Assembly (NCBI GenBank): GCA_051294375.1
Contig: CM119267.1
Coordinates: forward strand, 5,755,992-5,819,991
DNA: 64,000 nucleotides
Reading direction: 5' to 3'
Source: Paraspadella gotoi
Taxonomy: Eukaryota > Animalia > Chaetognatha
The stretch's first letter is position 1. Each line of letters starts with the position of its first letter. This document shows positions 13,693-28,400 of the stretch, piece by piece. The notes under the pieces are model-generated. The model did not search any database, was not told the origin of the DNA, and saw only the letters and a program-made list of their open reading frames with translations. Position numbers and translations under genes: made by a program.

Positions 13693-14954
13693 AGAAACAT
13701 CATCGATTAATAAGTATAATTGATAATATTATTTCGACTCTCGGCGATCGAAACATTGGAAAAAAAAAGCCGTGCATAACTGGAACGCAGTGCGGAAACA
13801 TTAAAAGCGATTTCTCTCTCTCTCCTCTCTCCCTCTCTCTCTCTCTCTCTCTCCCTCTCTCTCTCTCTCTCTTCTCCTCTCTCCTACAAGCAGAATCAAC
13901 CTCTTTGAAAGCCGAGTTCCACCTGAGCAGGGATAGCTAAGTGGAGAATCAATAAATAACGCCTGTTTGAGCTCAGATGACGTCCGTTTCGTCGTCGTCG
14001 TCGTTTCGTCGTCGTCGTTCGTCGTCGTCCCGTCGTCGTCGTCCGGGGGGGGTTTCCTTCGTTTCCCGTTCCGGTTTTTTTTTCATTGGTTTTTGTCCGA
14101 TTGGACGTCGATCGTTCTCCGACGGCATCGCGTGTTCTCTTTCAAGTTGTTCTTCTGTTTTTTTTTTTCTAATCGCTTTTTCCAACTTAACATTTATTTC
14201 CGTCGCTAAAAACCTTTCCACCGAAAAAAAAAACCTTTTGAAGCGCGAAAAGATGAAAAAAAAATTTTAGGACATGCTAGGACCCAGGCGGCCTAAGTAC
14301 ATTAGTTTTCGCTTTTTAAACTTAAATTCGCCGAATTTGTATGAAATTCCTTACATTTATATATTAATGATCTATTCATTCGACAAACAAACTTTTTGAC
14401 GACTTACCGGTTGAATTCAGACTCTTTCACACTTCACAGTTCCTATTTGTTAACTCAATGCCTCTTTATAGGAATAATTGAAAGGTTTTACCTTTTAATC
14501 TTAATTAGTAAATTCGGAGATTGTGTGCTATATTTTTTTTGCGCATCTTGCATGCTTACCTATCTAAAAAATTGAAGGACAAAAGAAATTAATAATAAAA
14601 CTAATGATAAGACTCAAAGGAATAGAAGAGGAGAAGAGCATAGATTCCCCCTTCCCCCTAAAAAAAGAAAAAGAGGAAAACCGCCAGAGGGTCGCGGGAA
14701 CGACTTCTGACAAAGAGGCGATTATATTTTTGCAGATGCGTTAATTCTTCATTCTCTCTCTCTCTCCTTCCTCTCTTTTCTCTCTCTCTTTCTCTCTCTT
14801 CCCTCCCCTTAATTTCCTCCTCTTTCGCCTCCTCTTCTCATTTCTCTCTTTTCCCGAGAATTACATTCATTTAAATTTTTTTCCATATAACTTTCCCTTC
14901 CTTTTTTAAATTTTTTCCTTCTCATTTACCAGCGCCCCAAACTTCTATTTGAAT

Positions 14955-14988
<34 letters not shown>

Positions 14989-14998
14989 CTCTCTCTCC

Positions 14999-15040
<42 letters not shown>

Positions 15041-15458
15041 TCTCTTCTCTCTCTCATATCATTTTCCTTCACTGACTCCGTCTCTGTCTCGCGATAAAGG
15101 AGAAATCGGGCGGTTGCGAAAAAAAAATACGCACAGAGCAGGCACTTGAACTACAGGTACCAGGCGTCATGCCATTACCGGCCTGGAAGTCACAGCAAGC
15201 GGCGAATTTCAGCGCGAAGGCGTTAGACAAACCGGGATTGGCCCGATTTCGATTCGGCTCCATCTCTCNNNNNNNNNNNNNNNNNNNNNNNNNNNNNNNN
15301 NNNNNNNNNNNNNNNNNNNNNNNNNNNNNNNNNNNNNNNNNNNNNNNNNNNNNNNNNNNNNNNNNNNNNNNNNNNNNNNNNNNNNNNNNNNNNNNNNNNN
15401 NNNNNNNNNNNNNNNNNNNNNNNNNNNNNNNNNNNNNNNNNNNNNNGATGCGTCACTT

Positions 15459-15620
15459 ACCTTTTCTCCGTGGACGGCGTTAATGGAAAAAGATGGTTTT
15501 CAGTTAAAACGTCTTCTCGGGTCGCGTCACGTTAAGCGTCGCTTGTGGCGGGAAAAAATGGCGTTGTGGCGTTGTTTTTAGCGCCACGTCTTTTTGGCTC
15601 TGGCGTCAATTGGCTACGCT
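15459..15620 (-). promoter_or_regulatory. Candidate promoter and non-coding first exon
   Basis: Overlapping E2F-like TTTTCCCGCC (15547-15556) and YY1-like CGCCATTTT (15555-15563) motifs about 90 bp upstream of a consensus donor AAG|GTAAGT at 15460. Confidence 0.35.
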
Positions 15621-16361
15621 TGTTTGAACAATCGGTAAAAATATTATCAATAGTTCAATACTGTAGACAAATATTTTCTTGTTTCTAGTATATTTATCTT
15701 TAATTTCTGTTGATTTTTTTTCTGTTTAGTGTTGTTTTGATTTATTATTATTTTTTGTTATTATTGTCAGTAGCTTTCGTAAATATTTATCGGACTTATT
15801 TATTTGAATATTTATTCATTGTCAAATAAAACATATCCTTCCGTGTCTATTCCTTTACTATTTATTTCATTTATTTATTTATTTTTCAATTTATTCGGCC
15901 TTAACAAAATGTCTATTTTAATTTTTCAATATCTAGTTCTCATTCACGCCCGTAGTTGTCTACTCTTAGCTGACTACCAGCGCCTAATGCACTATATCGC
16001 TATTTTGCGAACGACAGAAGCTTTCCTCGCTCCCTCCCGATCGGGCGCGCTCTACCGGCGAGAGGCGTCGTCGCTGGTATCGTCACGCGGCGTAGCGTTA
16101 GATGGGCGTGGTGGGGGCGTCGTGAAGTGACGCCGAGACGCGCGCGTCGTTTTAAGAAAAGCGACGCCGGTGGGCGTGGGTGCTGCGGCGGTGGCGGCGG
16201 CGGCGTCACGGGCGGACGAAGGAGTCGTGTCCCTGGCGATGAGACAGAGGCGGCAGCGGCAGTAGCGGCGGCGGCAGCGGCGGATGAAGAGGTGGCTCCC
16301 GACTCCGACTTTGAAGCCTTTTGTTTCTTGAATCCGTTGCTTAGAAACGACGACCTCGACG

Positions 16362-16410
<49 letters not shown>

Positions 16411-17268
16411 AAAGAAACGAATAATAAAAAAAGGGAAGAGGAGGCAGAAGGGCGGGAAAAATGGAGAAGAGCAGAAATAGTTGGTTTGGAGAGGAAGGAG
16501 TGAAGAGGAAGTCATCAAAGTAAAACTAAAGTAGAGACCGGATCGAGTCTCTCCAATGGAAAGAAATCTTAAAATAATGAGTAGAGAAGAGAGAGGAAGA
16601 GAGAGAGAGGGAGAAGAGAGAGAGAGAGATGAGGAGAGAAGAGAGAGAGAGAGAGAGCAATGAGATTTGATGGCGAACGATGCAATCAAAGAGAATTGAG
16701 GAAAGAGGAGGTAAGAGCTGACGAGTCGGAGGAAAGGGAGGAAGTGATGAGAGGAAGGGAGGAAAGAAGGAGAGGAGAAAGGAAAGAAGGAGGAGAGGAG
16801 AAACGAAAAAGAGAGGAAAGGTGGGAAATACAAAAGAGAGGAGAGAGACGTGAAAAGGAGAGAGGATAGGGGAGGAAAGAAAAGAAGATAGGAGAATATA
16901 TATAGAGAGAAAAGGAAGAGAAGTGAGCAGAAGAGGAATAGGGAAGAGAGGAGAAAAGAAGAGAGAAAAGGGAAAAGAGAGAAGGGAAGAGATGGGAGGA
17001 AGAAAACGCTGGAGTGGAGGAGAAAGATAAGAGGAAAGAAGAGTCGGGAGCCGGTTGGAGCAGTGACCAATGGAACTGTGAAAATGGGACCAGAGTCAGC
17101 ACGGGGTCCGAAGTGTTACATTGAGACGAGGTCCGCGGCGCGAACCGTGGACCACGGCGTTTTAGTCCGGGCGCGAGGAAGAAAGAAAGACGGGGCGAGA
17201 AGATCTGGAAGAAAGAGAGGGCAACACGTAAAATGTCGAGAAAAAGATGATAACTCGGGTGCAATAAT

Positions 17269-17344
<76 letters not shown>

Positions 17345-17534
17345 TTGACTAACTCTCACCCTTTCCAAGAACTTTCTTCATAATCATGCATAATTTGCGA
17401 CTAAGTTCTTTTCCTCTCATTCATAAAATAAAAAAAACCTTTTTTTTTAATTTCTTCTTTTTTTCTTCTTTCTTTTTTCATTCGTTCGTTTGAGTTCTTA
17501 CTCCTCCTCTCCTATGAAGCGTAAAGGAAGAGTG

Positions 17535-17591
<57 letters not shown>
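17535..17591 (+). repeat. (GCC)19 trinucleotide repeat
   Basis: Direct reading. Confidence 0.9.
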
Positions 17592-18967
17592 CCCGACGAT
17601 ACCGACTACGACTTCTTGGCACAAATGGAAGCGAAGAGTATCTCAGAACGTATGGTTGCCGAGTTCGATCCCGGGGATTAATTTAAATCTGTGATCGAAC
17701 TCACAAGGTCTGGCAATAAACGATTTTATGTCCCCCCCCTGGCAACAATGACAACGACCCCGAGCACGATACCGCCGCCGCTAACTTTGTGACTTTAAAG
17801 GAATATTCTGCGCTGCTCTTTCTTTTCTTTCTTTTCGTGATTGATTTAAACATGAGTATCGCTTTTTATGCCATCATTCGATACAAAAGGGAGAGCTCAG
17901 TCCCTCCATTGAATTCCATTAAACTTCGTTGATCGAGAAATAACGAGGATGTTTTTTTGGTTTTTTTTCAAATTGGCATCGAATGCGTTTGAATTTTTTT
18001 TTTTTTTTTTTTTTTGGATGAAAATACAAAAAACCCGAGGCTGACTCCCGAATAAATCGGTTTCTTTCTTTTGCCTTCTTGATTCAGCCATTTGTCTTCA
18101 TTCTTACATATTTTGTAATCTGCGGTTCAACTTATGTCTTTATTTTTATTTCAATTTCTGCCTTCCGCCGTCATTGTTCTACCTTATGCCTTTTGTATTC
18201 TAAGTTACATTCTGCATTCTGCCTTCTTAATTTTGCGTTTCTCGAGACGACCTCTTTTAAGCACAATTTCACGCCCATAATTGTTTATTCGACAAATATT
18301 CTTTTAATTTTTTTTTGTATCTTCATTTTTAACTGAATTAATCCTTATTTAGTTATAAGAACGTACATAAGATTAAGAATGTTAGTTTTCTGTGGATATA
18401 TATTATATAGTCTCTCTTTGTTGAATGCAATTGACTTCACACGGAAGACAAGATTCTTTTCTCTCCTTTTTCTCCGCGTTTTTCACGTTAATTTCACTTA
18501 AAGAAAAAAGTGGAGAATTAATTCGCCTCGATGGTCATCGATAGGAGCACAGGCGGCGGCGGCGGCAGGACGGCGGCAGCGTCGGCGGCGATGACTATGA
18601 TGAAGAAGCTGACTTTGAGTTGGACCGCGTGGCGGACAGTCGGGACAGGGGGCGGCGGGAAACCCCGCCTTGATGGAAAAAGGAGATGAAGCGACCGCGT
18701 TGGCGGCGGAGGCGGAGTCAAAGGCGCGGTAGATGCGGGCGGCGTGGTGGGCGGTGGCGGTGGCGGTGGAAGGGGTGGTGACAACGGTGGTGTCGGGGGG
18801 CGTAGGTGGCGGCGGAGGCGGCGGAGGCGGCGGAGGCGGCACAATGGACCCCAGGGACTCACGGTTTCTCAACTCGACGATTTTTCTTTTTTTCTTCGCC
18901 TCTCTCTCTCACACACTCTAGCTCTCTATAGCTCTCTACTCTGCTTCTCTCTCTCTCTCTCTCTCTG

Positions 18968-19016
<49 letters not shown>

Positions 19017-19163
19017 TCGCTTTTTTTTTTTCACTGTCCGTGTTTTGGCTCGGAGTCGATAAGTCAAGTAGAAGAAAGAAAAAAAGAAAGAAAGAAAAAA
19101 AAAGGTTAAAAAGAGAAAGAAGAAAAAATTGAGAGAAAAGAGTGAAAGAGAGAATGAAGGACG

Positions 19164-19325
19164 AATGAGTTAAAGATTAAAGAATAATCCCAACATGACA
19201 TAAATGAGTTAAAGATTAAAGAATAATCCCAACATGACATGAATGAGTTAAAGATTAAATAATAATCCCAACATGACATAAATGAGTTAAAGATTAAAGA
19301 ATAATCCCAACATGACATAAATGAG
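19164..19325 (+). repeat. 39-bp tandem repeat x4 (AATGAGTTAAAGATTAAAGAATAATCCCAACATGACATA)
   Basis: Four near-identical adjacent units with no spacers. Confidence 0.95.
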
Positions 19326-19612
19326 AATAAAAGTCATTTTAAACTTTCAATCTTGATTTAAATACAGCTGGGATTTGCTTTCTTATTATCACTTATCTGT
19401 GCACTGAACACACGTAGAACACGGTTTTGCGGCGTCATGAAAACCAATACCTAAGTTTAAATACGTGGAAGGGCCTGAGCCCAGGGGGTTGACTCAAGAA
19501 TTCAGAGAGTTTAACCCTCTATTTTTTTCTCGTATTACGCTCTTCTCTCAAATCTGTTTTATTTTTCAGAAAACCTTCAAAAGTAGACGTCTCAAATTTT
19601 CATTAAATCCTC

Positions 19613-19682
<70 letters not shown>

Positions 19683-20733
19683 ACTGGAGAAAGATTCCCC
19701 TGTCACACTCTTCCTCTCACTCCCACCCACTCTCTCCCATCCCATCTCCCATCCCTCTCTTCGCATCTTCCCCGCAGGTAAGGGCCCTCTATTCTTCCTC
19801 CTCCCCCTCCTCCTCCTCCTCCTCCTGCTCCTCCTCTTCCCCCACCTCCATTTTCCATCTTTTGCGAAGGCGATCAAATCGTCGTTTTTCATTCTTTATG
19901 ATTTTAGGTCAAGTCAAAGTCTGAGACGACGTAGGTGGCGGCAAGGAGCGGCGGCGGCGGTGCGGAGAGGCGGCGGCGGCGGAGAGCGGCGGGGCGGGCG
20001 GAGCAGGCGGCGGCGGCGGTTAAACCGAAGAGTGGAGAAAGACGTCTGCGACGGCGGCGGGCGGCGCGGCGGCGGCGGCGGCGGCGCGGGCTGGGGAGGC
20101 GGGCGGCGGTGAAGAAAGAAAAATAAAAAGGGAGCGGCGGGGTGAAGACGGTGGTTAAGGAAGTGGTAGGATTTGTGAGTGGTTTCGTGGATGAATGTCA
20201 CACGGAAGATGTGAGGTTGATTCAGCGGTCGAAAGTGGAGAACCGCTTCTCTTTTTATTAATTTTTAGGATGACAAGTTTACAGTTAACGATTGTTTGTT
20301 TTTAATTTAATTTTAGATATTTAGATATTAGATTATAAAATTTTCATTGTTTCGTGGGAGTGCAGATATTTGATCACGTGACTTTGGGTCACATGACCCG
20401 AATCGACCCTCGATTGACCCTCGAAAAATCGACCCAGATTTGGAATTGATCCACAATTTCGTCCCGAAGCGAATGGGACGTTTTATGGGCAACTATACTG
20501 GTTAAAAAAGATATATTCGAATTGATTATGTATTATGAATTATTATAGGCAAATTTATTTTCTGTACTTTTGCCATTTTTACTTATGCCAAATGTTATTT
20601 GGGTTACCCATCTTTCTTTAAAATACAATCAGAAAAAAAATATGAGAAAGGAAGTCAGAGAAACCATAAAATGGATTAATTTTCTCTCTCGTCGCTTCTT
20701 CTCTCTTCCTCAATTCTCAGCTCTTCTCCCATC

Positions 20734-20782
<49 letters not shown>

Positions 20783-21863
20783 TCCACCGAGAAGATATAA
20801 AAGATCAAAGCCGAAATCCAGATTACACGATTTCAATCTGAGATTCCCTTTCGTGCAAGCTACTCCCACCATGAGATCTCATTCAAGCAAGCAGTTCCGA
20901 CCATAAAACTAAATCTTGAAAGCAAATTTTATCATAAAATCCGATTAATCTTTTACGAGCGATCACTCTATTGAATACAAGTATAAAGATGTCGCCATCT
21001 TGAATATCGAGTTCCCTCTGACGTCTCGACTCAGAATGAACTTCTCACAAACAAAAGACCCTTCATTTCTCCCGCCGACATCAAAAGGAGGATCGACCAC
21101 GCCGACAGCGAATGGCACTTTGCCGATGCTTAAATGCGGCACTGCCATCAAGACTCATTGTCAATTTCACGCTTGCCGACAATTTTTGTTCGCAATAAAT
21201 AGCTGTCGACGCCGTAAGGCTGCCTATGCCGCTAATGCCATCCGCCGACGCCGAGAAAGTTACCGATGCCGTCCGCCCCTTACAGTCACGTGCAAAAATA
21301 AAAACCGCGCCACTTTATATCAGCCTTTTAAAATCACCATGAATACTTTCATTTGTAGCTGGCCAATTCTATCCGCCTCCAACCATTGCCGTCCGCCACG
21401 GATGAAAAATTGGCGGGAACAATCCCGGATAATTCTTTTTTTTTCTTTCGATGATTGACGCTAATGAGGGCGAGTGGCGGCGCCTCTCCTTTTATTCTTC
21501 AATTTTTTTTTATGTATGAATTTTCCCCTTTTTTTAAAAATTTTATGAATGAATTTTTTTTTCTCTCTTTTCTTCTTTTTGTTTTCTCCTTTTTTTATGT
21601 ATATGGATATTTTTTTTTGCTGTTTTGTCTTGTCTTCTTTACGTATGGATGAATGACAAATTAGAAGGGAAAAATTTTTTAAAAAAGGTCAGGAAAAAAA
21701 ACTTGATTTTCCGATAAATTTTTTATTCGTTAATATTGCGTAGTACAACATAAACTTTAGGAAGTTTTTTTCTTCGATGGAAGGGGGGCGGTGAGGGGGG
21801 GTCTTGAATAGGATAAAGTCAGTGAAAAAGGAGATAAAAGAAGAGAATTGACTCCTGGATTGA

Positions 21864-21951
<88 letters not shown>

Positions 21952-24504
21952 CCAGCTTTTCCGACCAAGAATAATTGGTTGCGGCGCGTTGTTCCTTTCA
22001 AAGACGCCCAGCGGCGTTTCCCGGCGTCGCCTGACGTCGTGCGGCGTCGAACTTCGATTTGCGGGACAACGACTCACAAATCGACGCTTGAGACGCCGCA
22101 GCCGCTGCAGCGGTTGCAGCCGCTGCGCCGCTGCTCTTCGGGCAGAGCAATGACTCGCTACGCCGCGGTAGAATAGTTTCAGTCTCGGCAACCGATCCGG
22201 CACTCGGCGCGGAATCCGGACGTCGGGGAGAGAGAGACGAGCGGCGGAGATTCCTCTTCGACAGAAAAAATGACGATCGAGTTTACGAACAAAAGGGAAT
22301 CGAAACGAAGAGGAAACGTGGTCGGCGATGGAGAAGAGATTCCGGAAAGATATTATTCATTCGCCAATCCGCATCGTCGTCTTTGTCTTCGCCGTTTTCG
22401 TCGTCGTTGTCCAAATATATATCCTTTTATAATAATCGTTGTCGGGCATCGTCATCGTTTTTCGATCGTCGCTCGAATTCGTCGTCCGCAAACTTCATCG
22501 TCCCATATTTCTTTCCTTTTTTTTTCAGCTTAAATTCGGAATTAAGTCAGTTTCAAAATTAGCTGAGAGGTTAGTGATTTAGGGTAGTGATTAGGGTTTG
22601 GAGATAACAAATTAGTATTAAGTATTAAGTATAAGTATTAAGGATTGGGTTATTGGTTTAGTAACAGATTAGGGTTAAATATAAGAACTAAAATTAAGTT
22701 CACGAACGAAGGAACTGAAAAAAGGCGTTTTGGCAACAGAGAGCCATTTTTTTCCTTTTCCTATTTATTCTGAGACAAAAGTGCAACCACTGCAAAGTTC
22801 AGCATTTTCTACCGTTTTTTTTTCTCAGAAATTCGGAGCCGCATTAAACTTTGCTCCTGCGGCGTCGAACGATCATCAATTTTTGTAGGTAGTCCCGTCA
22901 TTTGTTGACATTCAACTTTACTTACCAACTTGTCATTGAGCGTCGTTAAAACGTTCTCACGACGTCGACAACTTATCGACGACATTTTTAAATCAACCAT
23001 TCAGCGACGTTCGACGTCATAAATTAACCAATCGGCGTCGTGCAGTTTAGACTTGAAAAATAAAAAGAGAAAATAGTATAAGATAGAAAGTGGTTTTCTT
23101 GTCTCTCGCATCTTTGAGAGAATGGAGGCGGAGAGAAATTCGCGCCGGGAATCTTGGCCGGAAATCTCGGTCGGGTTTCTTGCCCGAAATGGGGAGGGGG
23201 AAAAAATGGGAGGAAAAAGGAGAGAAAGGAGAAGAATTGACACATTCGCTTCTCAGTTTTTTCTCCCTTATTCATTCTTTCTTTCTTTGTTTAACCAAAC
23301 GTCCCGCCAATTGTCTCGTTCCAGGATTTCAGTATCACCCTTCGAAATCGGCTTAACCTCCAGCGTCGCGTCGTCGTTAGCCAACCCTTCCAACATCCCG
23401 ATCTCTCTCCCCGCCCCCCCATTTTTTTTTAGAAATGAATTCCTTTCAAATCCGGGCTTTTCACTTCGACTCGCCCTTAATTGCTGCTTTTTTTTTCTGC
23501 TTTTTTTCTCACAATTTCCGCTTTTCTTCACACGAAAAAAAGGAGATTTTCTTTCCTTTTTTCTTTTTTGCAGAGAAGAAAAGTTTTTTCTGTCTCTAAT
23601 TTCGTTTTCTCCAGGGAATTAATACGCGATGCTCTTTTTTTTTTCATTAAAAAAAACGCGTCGTTCGCGCGGAAGAATTTGAATCTCGAAAACGAGAAAC
23701 GTGTAAAAATTTGATTTGAAAAAAGTTAAAATGCTGGAGTTAAACTGGATATAAAACAGTACTCAAACAGAATAGAATTGCATTAGATTCCAAAGTTAGA
23801 TAAATTTATTATTAAATCAGTAAAAGATGAAAGATACGTATTGAGACACATGTTTCCATTGTCGTTGTGAAAGATTTTTCAAAAGAAGTCTGCTAACGAG
23901 GGCAAAGAAAAGAAAGATTGAATCTTAGTCGATCACTTCCGGGTCTGTCATTAACTTTAATGTCATTAACTTGGATGTCATTAGCTTTTTAGGGTCACAG
24001 TCGTTGTCTTTTTTTTTTAGTAATGTAGCCGGGAATTGTGAAGAAAAAGGAAACGGTTTGTTATCAACAGTTGAAAAAAATTAACTCTTATACTAAATTT
24101 TATTAAACTTTCGTGAAATATTTATAAACAAAATATGATATGAAATTAAAGACTAAATTTTCCTACTAAACGACTTTTCCGTTTCGCGAAGATAAAAATT
24201 ATTTTCAAAAACAAAAAAGGGAAAAAATTAAGGGCGGAGGCGAATTAGTACATTAAAGAATTCCCTCTAGCATTTCTTTCCTTTTTCTCCCTTAAGAATT
24301 CAAAGAAAAGATTCTCTCTCTCGCTCTCCCCTTAAATCTTTTTTCTTTTGACTATTTTTTTTTCTTTTTAAGTTCCATCTTAACGACTTTTCGATATTAG
24401 TAGAAAAAAATTAAATTATCATTAAAATTCCATAATCGACTCGAAGAAAAAGTTTTGTCTTAAACGATGAAAGGACTACAAGTCACGAACGGTCAGGGAA
24501 TAAG

Positions 24505-24760
<256 letters not shown>

Positions 24761-25402
24761 GACTAAGAAATAAAGCGGATGAAAGAGAGATAATAAGAGA
24801 GCGAGAGCGACCTCGTGAGATAGTGGCGTTCATACGGGTGATATGAGATAATTAGAGTTAATAATTATTTATTATTGAAAAGCAATGAAGTAAAGATGAA
24901 TGTTGAACTTGGAGATAAGTCATTAATGCAGAAATGAAAAATGAATTGAGAAAAGAGGACTTAAATTCAGTAATTTAGTAATAACGATGTAAGTAAGAAA
25001 GCCATTGTAACCAATCATTTCATTTAACATTAATTTCGAAATGATCAATTAAATCAGTAATCAAGCAAAATCTTATCTTCTTTACTTCACATCGAGGGTA
25101 AACTATATAAACTACAGGAAGTAAAATTAACAACAACAGGCAACACTGATTTGCCAACGAAAGCAATAGCTTCTGGAAGAAGATATCATCCCTGTCGTCG
25201 TTATCGTCGTCGTCGTCGTCGTCGTCGTCATCGTCGTCTTCCGCCTCCTCCGTCTTCATCGTCGCGGTCCCGACCGAAGCGCCTCCTTTGAAGACGACAA
25301 AGAAAAACAAAAGACCCAAAAGAAAAAAGGTTAAAAAAATGAGATCATGGACAAAAGTAAACAAAAAATATGGAACTTCCTTTCTTTCTTTTTCTTTTTA
25401 TG

Positions 25403-25439
<37 letters not shown>

Positions 25440-26246
25440 GTACATAAATAGTTCCCATCCTTTTTTTTCATTTTCAAAGTATTTATTTACATGTGTAATT
25501 TTCAACTTACTTTCATTTTTTTTCTCATTTTTTTTTCTTTCTTGTTTTTGCTTTCTCTAAGTTTTGTAATATTCACCTTAAATTTCATTGTGTTAAGACT
25601 TTCTTTAAGTTGCGTTTTAGTTAAAGAGAAAACAAAGTTTATTTGTTAACTAACAACGGGTCTTTTTCCAAAATAAAAAACCCGTTGTTTGTAAACAAAC
25701 TTTGTTTTCTCTTTACCTCTAATTTCGTAATTTTCATATTTTTATATACCTGTCATATATACTATTTTATTCAAAACCGCCTATTTATTTTCATTTTAAT
25801 TTTAGCACCAATATCGCTAAAAGATTGGGCCGAGTGTTGACGCAGAGACGGCTTCCGCGGCCACGAAAACCCTTTCCCGCGTTTCTTCTCCAATTTTACA
25901 GAAATAAGATGGCGACCCCGTCACAGCCTTTCAAATATTTCATCCTCTTTTCAACTTTTCCTTCTTTCTCTTTTCTTTTCGTTCGTCTCTTTTCCTCCTT
26001 TCCTTCAGGTCTTCGGTATTTTCCTCTTCTCTTTTCCTATACCTGCCTACTGAATATTGTTTAATTTTTACAAAAATTAACATACGACATAGACTGTCCA
26101 AAATCCGGGACAAGATAGCTCAATCATTGAATGAATGTATAATTTTTGTATTTGTAACTTTTTTGTACCAATTTCATACATATAACAACTATGACCAGTA
26201 TCCCTTTCCCACTCACTCTTTCTCTTTCTCTCTTCTTTCTTCTCTC

Positions 26247-26304
<58 letters not shown>

Positions 26305-26505
26305 CTCATCCCTCAAAACTTGGTTTATAAATTCCCAACTGGAAACGATGTTTTAATCAATCCGTCATTTTTATTTTCTTTTTTTTGAAGCCAAAAACCA
26401 GAAACTAAGTCATCGACGAATCATTTTTTACGAATCTTTTGATCAACGATCGAGACTCCGCCCAGAGGCTCCCTAGAGAGAGGCGCTCTCTGTCTCTGTC
26501 TGTCT

Positions 26506-26550
<45 letters not shown>

Positions 26551-26886
26551 TTCTCTCTCTCTCTCTCTTCTTCTCACTACGTACTTTCTCCATCCCTTTT
26601 CAAAAAACCATTACTCCCCTTTATCCAAATATTTGTTTCTGAACTCAACCAATTTTGGTCATCATCTTCATCTTTTCTTCATCTTTATCCTTTTCATCTT
26701 CAGCTTCATCATCATCATCATTCGATTCATCTTCTTTATTTTCTTCCTTTTTTTATTCCTTATTCCTTTTATGGTTTCATCTCCGTCGTCGTCGTCGTCG
26801 TCGTCTTCCTCATGGGAACACGATAATGATACGATGTTCGAAACAACAAGAAGAAGAAAAAGTCGGGTGCTCGAATCGCCAACCGG

Positions 26887-26928
<42 letters not shown>

Positions 26929-27069
26929 ATCGATGACAAAAACAACCAGGGATGACAGCCAGATAACGATAAAACTGACAATGATCCTATTTATGAAACT
27001 CGTCTATGGAAAAGACCTCGATATTTAGGTAATGAATATACGGGAGTATTCCCCGATCTAATACTCTAA

Positions 27070-27303
27070 TACAAAATTTCAAGTCAATCGCCACATCCAC
27101 TCATGAGTAATTGGTGTTCAAATAGTGAAATATATTTTTTCGTTTTATCCATTTAAACTCATTTCCACTCGGACGATTCCATCGAAACTTCATATCCAGC
27201 TCAATCACACACTTCCCTACCCACACACAAAATTTCATCCCAATCCATCCATCCAATCACGAGTAATTGGTGTTTTTTGCTAAGGTGGGACGGACGGACG
27301 GAA

Positions 27304-27342
<39 letters not shown>

Positions 27343-27510
27343 AAGACGGACATCGTTTTTTTTTTGCATAATTTATCATACATTTTATGTTCTGACTTGA
27401 TATAAGTGTGTATCTTCCAACTTAATTGACGTAGGGCTCGGATCCTGGACGACCTGACAAAGTAATTATTTATAAGTCGGGATTGTGAAAGTATGATCGA
27501 CTTAATATAA
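27070..27510 (-). mobile_element. Non-autonomous Helentron/DINE-like element, family B
   Basis: Shares AAATTTCAAGTCAATCG..ATCCACTCATGAGTAATTG, GGACGATTCCATCGAAACTT and a (GACA)n/(GACG)n tract with 60690-60990. Confidence 0.6.
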
Positions 27511-27584
27511 GATCGCAATTCTATTGGATTTTTTTATGATAAGTGAATAATTTGACAACTAGTAAGATGCCCGCTCCGTCGATC

Positions 27585-28400
27585 GAAAACGACGACTGAC
27601 GACGAATAGATTACGTATCTGACGCCGATTAATTTTGACAAAATTTCGACTGACGAAGACGACGACGAAGCGACGACTCGAAGACTCGTATCGACTCAAA
27701 AACGTATCGCGAAGACTGACGAAAAAAACGACGACTCGAAGACTATCTGACGACATAAAACGACGACGTAAGTACGACGACGAAGATCTGACAGCGAAGG
27801 GACGACGACGAAGACGACGACAAAAAACTGACGTGACGAAGACGACGACAAATATCGACGGACGAAGTTCGGAGCGTGACAAAAAACGACGACGAGTACG
27901 ACGTTATCAAACGATCGACTCGAGAGGACGACTACAAAATAACGTGACGACGAGACGACTTACGAAGACGACGACAATATAAACGCACTGACAATTATCG
28001 ACGACATAAACACTGACGAAGACGTACGACAATTACGATGTACGAGTACGACGACGATAGACCGACGACGAAGACGACAGACACGACAAAAACGACGACG
28101 AGACGACGACAAAACGACGACGAAGACGACACAAAAACGACGACGAGCGACGACAAAAACGACGACGAAGACACGACAAAAAACGACGACAAACGAACGA
28201 CGAGACGACGACAAAACGACGACGAAGACGACGACCAAAACACGACGAAGACGACGACGAGACGACGACAAAAACGACGACGACGACGACAAAAGCGGAC
28301 GAAGACGACGACCGAAGACTACGTACGACTGAAGACGACGGACAAAAACGACGACGAAGAGACGACAAAACGACGAACGACGACGAATGACGATCGGACG
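27585..28400 (+). repeat. Degenerate GAC-based satellite (ACGACGACGAAGACGAC..AAAA)
   Basis: About 800 bp of GAC-rich low-complexity units. Confidence 0.85.

Noticed and set aside
17490-17681. Poly-Ala ORF MKRKGRV(A)n..
   Set aside because: Driven by the (GCC)n repeat; short, with no supporting exons.
19164-19325. CRISPR-like appearance of the 39-bp repeats (also 30751-30894)
   Set aside because: Units are directly adjacent with no unique spacers, there are no cas genes, and the context is eukaryotic.
22570-22680. TTAGGG-like degenerate repeats
   Set aside because: Too few and too degenerate for an interstitial telomere; probably simple repeat or transposon internal sequence.
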